Made by a program: the position numbers and the translations under genes. Shown here in pieces: positions 1 to 9,986 of a stretch of DNA of 64,000 nucleotides. Origin of the DNA: Pelagomonas calceolata (lineage: Eukaryota); NCBI GenBank assembly GCA_918797485.1, contig CAKKNE010000003.1, positions 1,984,001 through 2,048,000 of the forward strand, read 5' to 3'. Numbering within the stretch: the first letter of the stretch is position 1; each line of letters starts with the position of its first letter. A model generated the notes under the pieces. The model had not been told where the DNA came from and made no database searches. It saw only the letters and a list, made by a program, of their open reading frames with translations.

Positions 1-25
1 GACATTGACCACACAGTGGCTGGGC

Positions 26-113
26 CTCTCAGGCAATGGCTCACAAGCTCTCAGGCAATGGCTCACAAGCTCTCAGGCTATGGCTCACAAGCTCTCAGGC
101 TATGGCTCACAAG
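26..113. repeat. Minisatellite, 4 x 22-bp unit CTCTCAGGCWATGGCTCACAAG
   Basis: Four head-to-tail copies differing only at one A/T position; no spacers. Confidence 0.95.
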
Positions 114-202
114 CTTTGCATACGTGCCAGAAAATGTTCTTGCGTACCAATTCAATCCCTTTGCAAGTCTGAACCAAAAAAGCACCGCGGGAAGCAGGCT
201 TA

Positions 203-224
203 GCTAGCGGTGAGACATACTAGG
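203..224 (+). promoter_or_regulatory. CTAG-bracketed intergenic motif (degenerate copy)
   Basis: GCTAGCGGTGAGACATACTAGG, ~160 bp upstream of ATG 387. Confidence 0.5.
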
Positions 225-386
225 CTTGCTTAAGCTTTTGCAAAAAGAAAGAGCATTATAAACCGAGGCAGCCAACCAGTAGCCTCGTGTAACTCTCTGG
301 GCCTCCCCGGGGCAGCCCCGGCCGAAGCCAGCATGCATGCGTGCGGTGCAGCCGAGAGCCACTCACGATGATGACAGAGCACAATA

Positions 387-1367
387 ATGCGTAGCATCGC
401 GGTCGCCGCAGCAATCCTCGCGCGATGTCTCGCCGACGACGCAGTCAACGTATCGCGTGTCGCGGCCTGGGCGCTGCAGCGCCGGGAAGAACGCATTAGG
501 CGCTGGCTGCCCTCTCAGCCGTTCAATCGCACCGGATTCCGCCTCGTGCCCGTCCCTCCGAAGCTCGAGCGCGGCTTTTTGCTGGTCGCGACGAAGTCGC
601 CCGTCGAACGCCTCCGCCGCAACGAGTCGACCAACGACAACCTCGGGGCTATACTGAGGGACGTGTGCGCCACGCCGTACCCCGCTCGCTTAGTCGTGAG
701 GACGCCGTCGGAGAAGGCGCGCGCCGAGCGATTTCGGCCCTGCCCCAAGATCGAGATCGTGGCCCTCGAGGCGACGGACGCGCCGATGGAAAGGCTGGCG
801 CGCGCGACGTCGCTGCGGCTGTTCAAGGTCGGCGCGCTGGCCGCGAATCTACCCTTGTACAAAGACGGCACCTTGTATCTCGACAACGACATAGCCATTC
901 GACGGGACCGCGCGGACGTGCTGATGGGTTTATTTGATGAAGTGCGGAAGCGGCACAAGGCGCTGGGCGTCACGAAGAGTCATCTCTGCATTCCGCGGGG
1001 CCACTGGACGTCCGAGGTGCCGCCGGGCTACTGCGAGCGGAACGGTGGCATACTCTTCTTCAGTGCGGCAAATCGGTCCGCGGCGCTGGCACGAGAATGG
1101 CTCGAGGAGATGCGGCAAGGCACGTCCAAGGACGGCCGAGACCAGATGCCGTTGCGCAAGGTGCTCTGGCGCCACCGCGACGACGAGGTGTTTGACCTAC
1201 CCGTAGGGATCCAGTGCGGCCCGTACTGCGACCCTTGCAGTACCGACGACCCCCCCTTACTCTGGCACACGAAGCGCATAGACCGAGTGAGATGGGCGCA
1301 GAAGATGCTTTTGAAATCAAGGCGCAAGGGCGTGAGCGCGCGATCCGTGTGCGGCTTCCAGCCATAG
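387..1367 (+). CDS. Secretory GT-A fold (nucleotide-diphospho-sugar) glycosyltransferase-like protein
   Basis: Signal peptide; LYLDNDI (DxD), ERNGGILFF, DQMPLR motifs; same motif order as 29841 and 31053 genes. Confidence 0.65.
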   Translation: MRSIAVAAAILARCLADDAVNVSRVAAWALQRREERIRRWLPSQPFNRTGFRLVPVPPKLERGFLLVATKSPVERLRRNESTNDNLGAILRDVCATPYPARLVVRTPSEKARAERFRPCPKIEIVALEATDAPMERLARATSLRLFKVGALAANLPLYKDGTLYLDNDIAIRRDRADVLMGLFDEVRKRHKALGVTKSHLCIPRGHWTSEVPPGYCERNGGILFFSAANRSAALAREWLEEMRQGTSKDGRDQMPLRKVLWRHRDDEVFDLPVGIQCGPYCDPCSTDDPPLLWHTKRIDRVRWAQKMLLKSRRKGVSARSVCGFQP

Positions 1368-1376
1368 TTAAATGTT

Positions 1377-2060
1377 TTAAATCTTACTAGGACCCTCCTT
1401 GACGAGGATGAAAACGTTGCCGCGGTCGCCACGCGAGATCCGCATCTCGTCGTCGAGGTAGGTCGTCGTCAGCACGCCCCGCGCGCTCTTCGGCGCCGGC
1501 AATTTCAGCCAACCAATCCCGAACCGCTTGAAGATGACATCTACCGTCGCGCCGTCATCCCGCGGCTCGAGCTTCGCCCTCACAGAATTCCGCAGCAATC
1601 CGCCTAACACCCACTCCTCGTTCTTCGCCGTGAGCTTTCCCGCGTTAATGTCCTGCAGGATGCGTCGACGCGGCCGGAACGGCCTCATGCGGCGCGTGCC
1701 CAGGATCGATTCGGAGGTCGTGAAGACCAAGCGCCACCGCCCGGAGAGCAGCGGCGACTCGTTCGGTTTCGGCGTGGGGTTTTCTTTTTCGAGCGCCTCC
1801 ACGTGACTGAGCACCGCACCCCGACGCTTTTCGTCCCGGCCTTGCCTTGCCTCTCGCGCCTCTGCGATAAGGCGAATGCGCGGCCCGGCGCAGCCCAATT
1901 TTCGGAACTCCTCGTCGCTCGCATTCAATACCTCGCATAGGTCCACGTCGTCCTCGACGGTCGCGTGCAGGCGCGTCGCGCATCTCCTTGGTGTCGGTGC
2001 CGCCCGCAGGGACAGCGCCTTGCTGCTGACTGCAGCCAGGAGGAAGAGGGCTGCACGCAT
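1377..2060 (-). CDS. Plastid lipid-associated protein (PAP/fibrillin)
   Basis: Signal/transit peptide; LEKENPTPKP..LLSGRWRLVFTT, LTTTYLDDEMRISRGDRGNVFIL. Confidence 0.9.
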   Translation of the reverse strand: MRAALFLLAAVSSKALSLRAAPTPRRCATRLHATVEDDVDLCEVLNASDEEFRKLGCAGPRIRLIAEAREARQGRDEKRRGAVLSHVEALEKENPTPKPNESPLLSGRWRLVFTTSESILGTRRMRPFRPRRRILQDINAGKLTAKNEEWVLGGLLRNSVRAKLEPRDDGATVDVIFKRFGIGWLKLPAPKSARGVLTTTYLDDEMRISRGDRGNVFILVKEGPSKI

Positions 2061-2131
2061 GTCTAACAGAACTCCTCAATTGGTGCCGTGCGATCTCACA
2101 GAGCCCAAAAAGTCGCGGCCTTGCTTGCGGA

Positions 2132-2155
2132 GTTAGCGGCATGTAAGACACTAGC
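2132..2155 (+). promoter_or_regulatory. CTAG-bracketed intergenic motif
   Basis: GTTAGCGGCATGTAAGACACTAGC, ~70 bp upstream of fibrillin ATG. Confidence 0.65.
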
Positions 2156-2306
2156 ACGCGGATCTTCCGAGGTTTTTTCAGTCTGACGATGTCCAGGGGA
2201 CCTATTTCGACGCCGTAGCGGCGGGAAAGGCCGTCCCGAGACGTAAAGTGGGTACCGCGAGTGATAGAAACAACACGATTAAAAGACGAAACGAGGAGAC
2301 GGGCCA

Positions 2307-3779
2307 CTATCGCTTCTTGAGCGAGCCCGCCTCGGACCCTTCCACGTCGGATGCCCCAGGCGACTCCGCCACGGTCATCAAGGGGCGCGACCCCCACCGC
2401 AGGAGGTCCTGCGGCTTGAGCAGGGACGGCGCCGCGCGCGCGGCGCGCTGGTTCTCCTCGGCGCGCTGATTCGCGACGCGCATGATGCGCTCGACCTGCG
2501 TCGGCGACCGCGGCGACCGCGCCTGGGCCGGCTGGATGGACAGGATCGCCACGAAGGCCGCTACGCCTAGGATGAGAGCGCCGACAGCGACACCGAGGGC
2601 GGCCATCTCGACGTCGTGCTGCTTCGCGTGCGAGAAGCGCTTCCTGATGCAAGCTGGCCCCAGACAAGCCGTCGAGGCCGTCCTCAAGCGAGGAGCCACA
2701 ACAGCCCCGGTCCGTATGGAATATTTCAGCGAGCCCTGCTGGCCGCAGACGCCCCAGCGCAGCCCATCCGGCGCCGGCGCGCCGTCGTCGGCCTCATATA
2801 TATAAGCGACGACGTAGCCTTGATTGACGTTCTTCTGGAGCTCCGGGGCAGAAGCGCCTAATACACCTCTCCTTTTACCTAGACCGTGCGCGAACGACGC
2901 GGCCAACTCGAGAGTAGCACCAGCTCCGGGCGCGTCGGCCGCCGGCGGCGGGTTCACCGTATCCACTAAACCAGAGGGCCAGCCCACGCGCGTGATGACC
3001 ACATCTAGATCCCCAAAACCTTCTTTGGCGAGGGCCCACCGTACACTATCGAGCATGGCATCAATGAGCGCGTAGTACTGCGCGCCGCTCCCGTCGTCGA
3101 CGAATTGCGGCCGATCTCGCGATGGATCCAACGCAAACGTCGCGAAATCTAGAGAGACATCATAATACGAGCTCCGCCAGGCCCCGTAGGGGTCAAGCTG
3201 GATGGCGAAGGGCGCCTTCGTCTCTCGTAAATGGACCAGGACCTCGCGCAGCGGTCCCGGCGCCGCGAAGAGCGACGCGGACGGCGGGTAGGACGAGCGT
3301 AACACGTTGAGGTCAAAAGCCGTGGTCACGGGCACGGACGCATTTATGGTGGAGCAGGCCTTCGAGACGGATCGACTCGCGTTTGCGATCTGAGCTAAGC
3401 GTTTTAAATCAGCACCGGCACCACTCGGCGGCGTCACGCCCACGAGGACGCCGTCCACGTGTTCGTGGACGCTCTTGATTGCGGCGCAGACGCGGTCCGC
3501 CGCGGCGCCGCCCTTCGACACGTCTTCTACTTCCGCGTCGGGTATCGATACAGCTACTCTGGCGCCCGTCCCCAAATTCGCGACGGCTTCCCGTACTTCG
3601 CGCGCGCCGTACGTCTCGAGCTTGACGCGCGCCACGCCTTCGCCTCTTAAACGTCGTAGAGTGCTTGGTCGGCTCGTCACGCCCTCGCGCGGCCGTAGGA
3701 CCACGCCGAGGTTCGGGATGGGCTTCTGTTTCGTCATCCAGCCCGCGGCGGCGGCGGCGACGAGGAGGAGGCGTTTCAT
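2307..3779 (-). CDS. GH17 beta-1,3-glucanase-like membrane protein, catalytic glutamates apparently missing
   Basis: Signal peptide, SSYPPS, PFAIQLDPY, DAMLDSVRWAL, VVITRVGWPS; C-terminal hydrophobic helix. Confidence 0.75.
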   Translation of the reverse strand: MKRLLLVAAAAAGWMTKQKPIPNLGVVLRPREGVTSRPSTLRRLRGEGVARVKLETYGAREVREAVANLGTGARVAVSIPDAEVEDVSKGGAAADRVCAAIKSVHEHVDGVLVGVTPPSGAGADLKRLAQIANASRSVSKACSTINASVPVTTAFDLNVLRSSYPPSASLFAAPGPLREVLVHLRETKAPFAIQLDPYGAWRSSYYDVSLDFATFALDPSRDRPQFVDDGSGAQYYALIDAMLDSVRWALAKEGFGDLDVVITRVGWPSGLVDTVNPPPAADAPGAGATLELAASFAHGLGKRRGVLGASAPELQKNVNQGYVVAYIYEADDGAPAPDGLRWGVCGQQGSLKYSIRTGAVVAPRLRTASTACLGPACIRKRFSHAKQHDVEMAALGVAVGALILGVAAFVAILSIQPAQARSPRSPTQVERIMRVANQRAEENQRAARAAPSLLKPQDLLRWGSRPLMTVAESPGASDVEGSEAGSLKKR

Positions 3780-4007
3780 CGTCAGTAACAAGTTCTGCCG
3801 GTCCTCCCGGAGCCGCGCGCCCCGCCGCGGCGGTAGCGAAGGAGCAGCCTAGCTTTGGCGCCCGGCGGGAGTTGAGCCGCGCACGGCCTCAAGCGTCTTG
3901 CTGGAGCGGTCAGCGCTGTACAGCAGAGGCCCAGGACAGCCCGCCAAGCATGCTTATGTATGCGCGACGGCAAAAACTGTCAATCCCCGGCTCCCTGTTG
4001 TTGAGAT

Positions 4008-4032
4008 GCTAGTGTCTTTACGTGCCGCTAGC
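4008..4032 (-). promoter_or_regulatory. CTAG-bracketed intergenic motif
   Basis: GCTAGTGTCTTTACGTGCCGCTAGC between divergent genes (3779-/4291+). Confidence 0.65.
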
Positions 4033-4290
4033 TTGCGGCGGCTGCGAACTTGGCTGCGAGTCGACGCGTAGGGCGCTAATTGTGCATAATCGGCCTGGCA
4101 TTAAGCAGGCATTAAGCAGCATAGCAGTGGCATTCATTGCTACCAGCGCTGCTGCATTTGCAGGTCACCGGACAGTCGCTGTGGTGATTTCAGCCCTGCT
4201 CTTTTTGCTGCTTGTTGCAATTGCAGCGACCACTTCGGTGAATTAAGCCCACGCGTGCTCTAGTGTTGTGTAACAGCACCGCAAGCACAA

Positions 4291-5389
4291 ATGAAGCTGC
4301 CGCACCGCAGCCTCCGATTCCTGGCCGCGTGCGCACGCACGGCTGCAGCGCTGAGCAGCACGTTAGCCCGCTACGCGGCGCCGGCGACGGTGTGTGGCGC
4401 TCCGTCCCGCCGCGTGCTGTGCCTCGGCGACGGCGACCTGTCCTGCAGCGCGGCGCTCGCGGACGCTGGTATTGAAGTAACCGCGACAACTCTAGACACC
4501 CGGGACGACCTACACCGCAAGTACGGCGAGGAGGCGGCGGCGCGCTTCGACCGGCTCGGCGCCATCGGAGGCGTCGACGCGACGGCGCCCGGCGACCTCG
4601 GCGCAGCGTTCGACCGTGTCATCTTCAATTTCCCTCACGCACCCGGCAAGCAAAACATCCGCCGCAACCGCGAGCTGCTACACGCGGTCTGCGGCGCGGC
4701 ACCGCTCGCGCCGGGCGGCGAGCTCCTCGTCGCGCTCGACGGCGGCCAGGGTGGTTCTGTGCTGTGTGGAAATCAATCCGTGAGTCAGGTCCTCGCGTCG
4801 ATGGCGTGGGCGCCTGAAATTTGATTTCCACGCAGGTTGCGCGGGCGAGCTCCCGCAAGGCCAACAAGCGCGGCGGGAGGCCTGGAACCGCAGCTGGCAG
4901 CTGGACATCGCCGCGGCGGAAAATGGCCTGGTCGTGGCGGAGGCGACGCCCTTCGAGCCCTTCTACGGCACGCGGGGCCATCGAGGCGAGGGCAAAGCGC
5001 GCGCCTTCGAACCGCGGTCTGCCATCCTCCACGCGCTTGCGCGGACGGGGACCGCCGCGGCGGTGTCGGCGCCGTCGTACGTCTTCGAGGTGCAGTTTTT
5101 TAGTGATAATGCGGACGACGACGAGGCCGTCTGCGCGGCGCTGGCTCGCGCGGCCGGCGGGCTGGCCCACGCCGTGCGGCGCGCGGACCGCTACGAGCGC
5201 GCCGACGGGCGCGTCTCCCACGCGTTCGAGGTGACGCTGGCGACGCGCGACGCGTGCCTGCCGCGGTCGAAAGCTGATATAGTGCGCCAGACCGTAGAGA
5301 CGGAGATCGAGGCGCTGCTCAATGTGCGTCTGAGAACGGAAAAGACTGGGAGACTCGTCTCGAAGCCCCTGCCCTGGCCCGAGTCGTGA
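4291..5389 (+). CDS. FDXACB1: Bmt5/DUF2431-type methyltransferase domain + FDX-ACB domain protein; exons 4291-4753, 4836-5389
   Basis: LCLGDGDLS, GVDAT, FDRVIFNFPH, GQGG; removing the 82-nt intron joins ORF 4291 to ORF 4934 frame giving REAWNRSWQL and a C-terminal anticodon-binding-like domain (1017 nt, in frame). Confidence 0.8.
4754..4835 (+). mobile_element. Introner-type intron (GT-AG)
   Basis: TIRs CTGTGTGGAAATCAA (4762) / TTGATTTCCACGCAG (4821-4835); decayed 8-bp TSD GTTCTGTG/GTTGCGCG; core CGCGTCGATGGCGTG; removal restores frame. Confidence 0.85.
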
Positions 5390-5408
5390 CCGTTGTACGC
5401 CTGGCCCT

Positions 5409-5587
5409 CAGTGTTGGACTTTCGTGAGTCTCCACGCCATCGAGCCGCCGCGACCACGGGGACAACGTCGCGTCGATGGCGTGGAATCGCCACGCCATCG
5501 CGCAGACGCAGCTACGGTCCTACGGAAGCACGTCGCGTCGATGGGGTTGGGCGCCCGAAACTCGGTGGCGACGGACGAGCAGTGTTG
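5409..5587. mobile_element. Introner/MITE-related relic between convergent genes
   Basis: Several copies of CACGCCATCG / CGCGTCGATGGCGTG in both orientations, bounded by 8-bp direct repeat CAGTGTTG (5409-5416, 5580-5587). Confidence 0.5.
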
Positions 5588-5644
5588 TAGTATGTGATTA
5601 ATTAGGTTTACCCGTGGGGCATCCACTACTCCTCAAAAATTTGA

Positions 5645-6673
5645 TCAGTCCTCCTCCTCGTCCGAGACCTCAACTTCATCAAAATCCTCATCATCGTCGT
5701 CGACGGCCTCGCCCGTGAACCATAATATGGCGTGCGGCACGACCTCGTTCCGCAGCGCGAAGGCCAGTTCCACGTCCGCGTCGATCTTGTCCCGCAAATC
5801 CTCCACATCCTCGTCATCATCATCATCACATCCTGGTAACGGTATAGATTCAAAAAACCGAAAGAACGACGGCTTGTCCTCGATCTTCGTCACTACTCGG
5901 GTAGCCCCCGCATTCCGACCCCGCTTCGCCTTCTGCTTCTTCTTGACCTCGCGTTTTGTGAGGTCTTTATTTTCTTTCCAGTTAATGGTACAGCCTTGTA
6001 TTTTCTCGAGCTCGGGCTGGCCGTTCGAATCGACCAAGTTCGGTACTTTGTAGGACTTCGTCAGCACGGTATCGAAGAAGAAGGGGTTCGGCGCGAATTC
6101 GAATTCGAGTTTAAATCCCGTGAGGTCGTCATCATCAATACACCTCACGTCCGTCAAACACCGGAGAGCGGCCACATCCGACTCCTCGATGGTCCCCCCG
6201 AAGGCGTCGTGCCGCCCGCACGCACTCAACCAAAAATCAGGCACACCCTTCTCATCATTACCTGATGTTCCGGCCTTCGCCACGGTCTGCTGGTCCTCGT
6301 GCGATAACGAGGGCTCCAGCTTCCCGTTGATGACCCGCGACCTGTCTTGGAGGATGGGATCAATTTTCTCTCTATACTTCGCTTCGAGGGCCGCCCTTTC
6401 CTTGACGTACTCTTGCATGACCTCCTCGCGCTTCTCATGTAAAGCTCGTAAACCAAGCACGCGACCCAAGACGGCGGCCGGCAGCTTCATCTCGTCGTCG
6501 TCGTCGTCGTCGTCCGCAGCGGGCGGCGCCGGCGGCATGTTAAACGAAAAACCTTCCTTCGGCGCGCCCGCGGGCGCGCTCGCAAAACTAAAACCGCCGC
6601 CGCCGGGCGGCGGCGGCGGGATGCCCGGGTCCGTGTCATTCAGATTGAGCTTCTCGAGGTCCTTCGCGGCCAT
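5645..6673 (-). CDS. NAP1: Nucleosome assembly protein 1 (NAP/SET family)
   Basis: GVPDFWL, FKLEFEFAPNPFF..VLTKSY, GCTINWK, SFFRFF, VPHAILWFTGEA, acidic tail. Confidence 0.95.
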   Translation of the reverse strand: MAAKDLEKLNLNDTDPGIPPPPPGGGGFSFASAPAGAPKEGFSFNMPPAPPAADDDDDDDEMKLPAAVLGRVLGLRALHEKREEVMQEYVKERAALEAKYREKIDPILQDRSRVINGKLEPSLSHEDQQTVAKAGTSGNDEKGVPDFWLSACGRHDAFGGTIEESDVAALRCLTDVRCIDDDDLTGFKLEFEFAPNPFFFDTVLTKSYKVPNLVDSNGQPELEKIQGCTINWKENKDLTKREVKKKQKAKRGRNAGATRVVTKIEDKPSFFRFFESIPLPGCDDDDDEDVEDLRDKIDADVELAFALRNEVVPHAILWFTGEAVDDDDEDFDEVEVSDEEED

Positions 6674-7185
6674 GGCTGTGTTTCTGGCGCGCCGAAAATC
6701 TCCCTGCTGTGGGAGTCTGGGAGCTAGCTGGTTTCTATCGCTGCGGAGGCCGGCGCGGCTGCGTCGACGGCTTCGGTGCGAATCAGGCGATGCGTGCAGC
6801 AACGATGTCAATCGCTCGGCACTGTTTTGCAGCCTCGGGCGACGCTTGGAGTCGATAGCCAAAACAGGCTGTGAGAGGCTGCGCCAAGTCGACTCTCGCC
6901 GCATCTAACTGTCCGGGGCGGCTCGGGACGGCGTGCTGACATCTCTGATCGTACGTTCGGGGTCCTCGGGCGTAACCGCCGCTCAGAGTCGTCACCATCT
7001 CATCGCTTAACAATAGCGGCTAAAACGAGACCCATCTAGCCTATCAGACAAGCAGACACTTTCATTTGCAGTATTTTCCTGCCACAGGACAGCCCACGAA
7101 GCACCATCTTGCACGACAGCGTCTAAGCACTGCTGACACTAAGTGCACCACAGCAAGGCACCGAGCAGAGCCTCGCGACAAGACG

Positions 7186-8001
7186 ATGCCGATCTCCAAG
7201 CTGCTCCTGGCCGTCGTGCCCGCGCTCGCTCTGTTACCGGCGACGGTCCGCACGAACCGCGGCCCCGCGCCCCTCCGCACGGCAACCCTAGAAACGGTCG
7301 TCGAGCCGCCCGAGGAGCCCCGGAACACCTACTGGTGCGTGCGCCACGGCCAGTCGACCGCCAACGTCGAAAACATCATCTCGAGCAACCCCGCGATCGG
7401 CTCCACCAAACACGAGCTCACGGCACTAGGCAAGGAGCAGGCCCACGTCGCGGGTGCGGACTTGTGGGCAAATCTCTCCGAGCTCGAAGTCCCGCTGGAG
7501 GACGTCGTCGTCTACAGCTCGAACTTCACGCGCGCGCGCGAGACGGCCCAGATCGCCGCGTACGAGATGCAGCGGCGCGCCCAGATCGCGGCCGGCGACT
7601 GGGAGGCGCCGCCCCTGTTGCAGATCGGCCTCTTATCCGATCTGAGGGAGCGCGACTTCGGCTCCTTAGATGGGTTGAGTGCAGGAAACTACGACAACGT
7701 CTGGCCGCGCGACATGGCGTCCCCTTTCGACGGCACGGACGGCGTCGAGCCCGTCGCCGACGTCTGCCAGCGCCTCTCGAACATGGTCGACCTGCTGGAG
7801 AAGCGCCACTCCGGCAAGCAGGTCATATTAACCGCACACGCGGACGTGATCCAGATCTTCCAGACGTGGTTCGCGGGTTGTGATGTGCGGGCGTTCTCGT
7901 CCTACCGCTTCGCGAACGGCGAAGTCAGGCGCTGCGACCGCGCGGGCGAGTGCCTGCCCGTGCCGGCGCCGATGCAGTCCCAGGCCGCGGCCGCGCTATA
8001 G
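7186..8001 (+). CDS. Histidine phosphatase / phosphoglycerate mutase family, probably plastid- or secretory-targeted
   Basis: VRHGQS, SSNFTRARETA, LRERDFG, LTAHAD; hydrophobic N-terminus. Confidence 0.9.
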   Translation: MPISKLLLAVVPALALLPATVRTNRGPAPLRTATLETVVEPPEEPRNTYWCVRHGQSTANVENIISSNPAIGSTKHELTALGKEQAHVAGADLWANLSELEVPLEDVVVYSSNFTRARETAQIAAYEMQRRAQIAAGDWEAPPLLQIGLLSDLRERDFGSLDGLSAGNYDNVWPRDMASPFDGTDGVEPVADVCQRLSNMVDLLEKRHSGKQVILTAHADVIQIFQTWFAGCDVRAFSSYRFANGEVRRCDRAGECLPVPAPMQSQAAAAL

Positions 8002-8517
8002 ATGAGCGTGTCGACACGCTCCTTTCCCACTTTAAAGATTATGTACTAAGTCGACCCCAGGGACGCCTTCGGGACGCGGACGGGCCGCCTCCTATACACG
8101 TCCTCGCGCGCCGCCATCTCCGCCAGGACCTCGGGCAAATTCGAGAACGCGTTCAGGAACCGGTCCCGGTGGATGAAGAAGAAATCGCTCTGAACAACGC
8201 ATGAGTTGAGTGGTCGCCTTTGCCAGGGATCAATCTCTCGACGCGCGATACTCGCGGAGGCCGATTAACAGACAGATATGACGCCGGCGTTCGAACGCTA
8301 CCGCTTGAGGTCGCGGACGACGCCGCGAATGGCCACAAACACCAAGGCCATCGTCGACTACTGGAGCGGGTTTTTGTACCCGTCGCGAAGACGTACAAAG
8401 ATCCCGTAGCACCATTCGATAGGCTCGTGGGAGGATTTCGGCGGCCCACTGGCCCGCTCAGCCTTCGTCGTGCAGCACGGTTCCTTTTGGCCTTCGCTGC
8501 GCGCGCGCCCCTAGGGG

Positions 8518-8626
8518 ACACCGCCGCGCCACAAAAGGGCTGCGCGCGTGCCCCTCGTGCCTCGTACACCGCCGCGCCACAAAAGGGCTGCGCCGCGCGC
8601 CCCTCGTGCGCCGCCGGGCCACAAAA
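8518..8626. repeat. Imperfect tandem repeat (~45-48 bp, ~2.4 copies)
   Basis: CGCCGCGCCACAAAAGGGCTGCGC...CCCCTCGTGC repeated. Confidence 0.75.
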
Positions 8627-8647
8627 GCAAGTTGACAAAAGGACACG

Positions 8648-9640
8648 ATGCCGCGCCGCCGCCAGAAGAAGGAGGGCAGCCCCGCGTCGCCGCCGCGCGG
8701 GCGGAGCCAGGCCCGCACCCCGGACTCGAGCCCGCGGCGCCGCGGCGCCGCCCCGAGCCCCAAGACGCGCGCGCTCGCGTTCCTCGCCACGCCGCCGCCG
8801 GTTTCAATGCCGCCTCGACCAGCTCTAGCATTGGCCTACGAGGACGCGGCGGCGCGCGAACTCGCCCTCGACGTGGCCTACGAGTCCGACGAAACGAGCG
8901 AGGACCCGCGTTTATTGCCAGCAATAGCCACAGAAATTGAAGCGTATGACGACCCAAAACAAATTTCGCCGGGCTACAGCACGTCGGAGGGCGAGGACGA
9001 AGCTTGTAGGCTGGGTTGCGGCGACCTGTCGCCTTATTCCACATCAGAGGACGAGGACCACGCGGCGCCCTTGCGGGGACGCGGCCCCCTGCCGTCCTAC
9101 CGGCCTTCCAAACTGACGCGGCGGTCGAAGGCGCTAGGCGCTCGAAGACGCGGCAAGACGGTCGCCTTCGCGTCCGAGCCCCTCTCCGTGGCGATCCTGA
9201 CGCCCGTGTCCGCGGTCAAGCCCCAGCGCGTCGCGTTCTCGCCCGTGGCGCCGGCCGAGGTCCTCGAGCTCTCTTCCGTAGAGGTGCTGCCGCCGCGGCG
9301 GTGGCGTCGCGGGCCTCTGTTTGTCTTGGCGGTCGTGCTCGGTGCGCTCTTCGCTAACGGCCTCAAGACGACGACGCCGGCCACGGTGAGCACAATGGTC
9401 CGGCCGCGACCGACACCACTTACGCGTTCACTTACGACGCCTCTCCGTCCCGCGGCAACGCGGCTCGCGCGGGTCCCGGTGGCGACGCCTTTTCCGGAGC
9501 CGGCGGCGGACGCTGTGCCCCTCGTCGTGCTGGCCGCGGCGACGGGCGCCGTCGCGGCGACGGGCGCGCCGCCCGCGGTCCGGCTCGTGGCCGCGGCGGC
9601 GCCGCGGGCTGCCCGCGTTTTGGTGACTGCGCTTCGTTGA
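8648..9640 (+). CDS. Hypothetical Pro/Ala/Arg-rich protein with one predicted TM segment
   Basis: ATG-initiated 330-aa ORF; LFVLAVVLGALFA hydrophobic stretch; no recognisable domain. Confidence 0.45.
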   Translation: MPRRRQKKEGSPASPPRGRSQARTPDSSPRRRGAAPSPKTRALAFLATPPPVSMPPRPALALAYEDAAARELALDVAYESDETSEDPRLLPAIATEIEAYDDPKQISPGYSTSEGEDEACRLGCGDLSPYSTSEDEDHAAPLRGRGPLPSYRPSKLTRRSKALGARRRGKTVAFASEPLSVAILTPVSAVKPQRVAFSPVAPAEVLELSSVEVLPPRRWRRGPLFVLAVVLGALFANGLKTTTPATVSTMVRPRPTPLTRSLTTPLRPAATRLARVPVATPFPEPAADAVPLVVLAAATGAVAATGAPPAVRLVAAAAPRAARVLVTALR

Positions 9641-9774
9641 TTATCCCCTGCGTACTTGGTAAGTCCTGATTGTCCACCTAGCACACGGGTTTCACCCAGC
9701 GGACAATGTACCAGTATGAGGGGGTATTGCCCCGGGGCGCGGCTTCCAAGGGCTCCCGCGTTAAGGAAATTCGG

Positions 9775-9798
9775 GCTAGCGGCCTGTAAGGCACTAGG
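9775..9798 (+). promoter_or_regulatory. CTAG-bracketed intergenic motif
   Basis: GCTAGCGGCCTGTAAGGCACTAGG, ~190 bp upstream of ATG 9987. Confidence 0.65.
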
Positions 9799-9986
9799 GA
9801 TGCCAAGCAAATCGAAAGTGATCGATAAACGCAGCCCGTGAATCACGTTTGGGTGGATAGAGATCGGCGTGCATCCGTTCGCTGCGTGCACCGCTCAAAT
9901 CTAACAGCTCCCGCGTGCAGCAGTGCGTTGACCGCTCAAGGCTACGAGCTCGACACGCCGCGTGCAGCAATAAACAGCGCGAAGCA

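Noticed and set aside
26..113. 22-bp repeats as a CRISPR array
   Set aside because: Head-to-tail with no spacers, no cas genes, eukaryotic context
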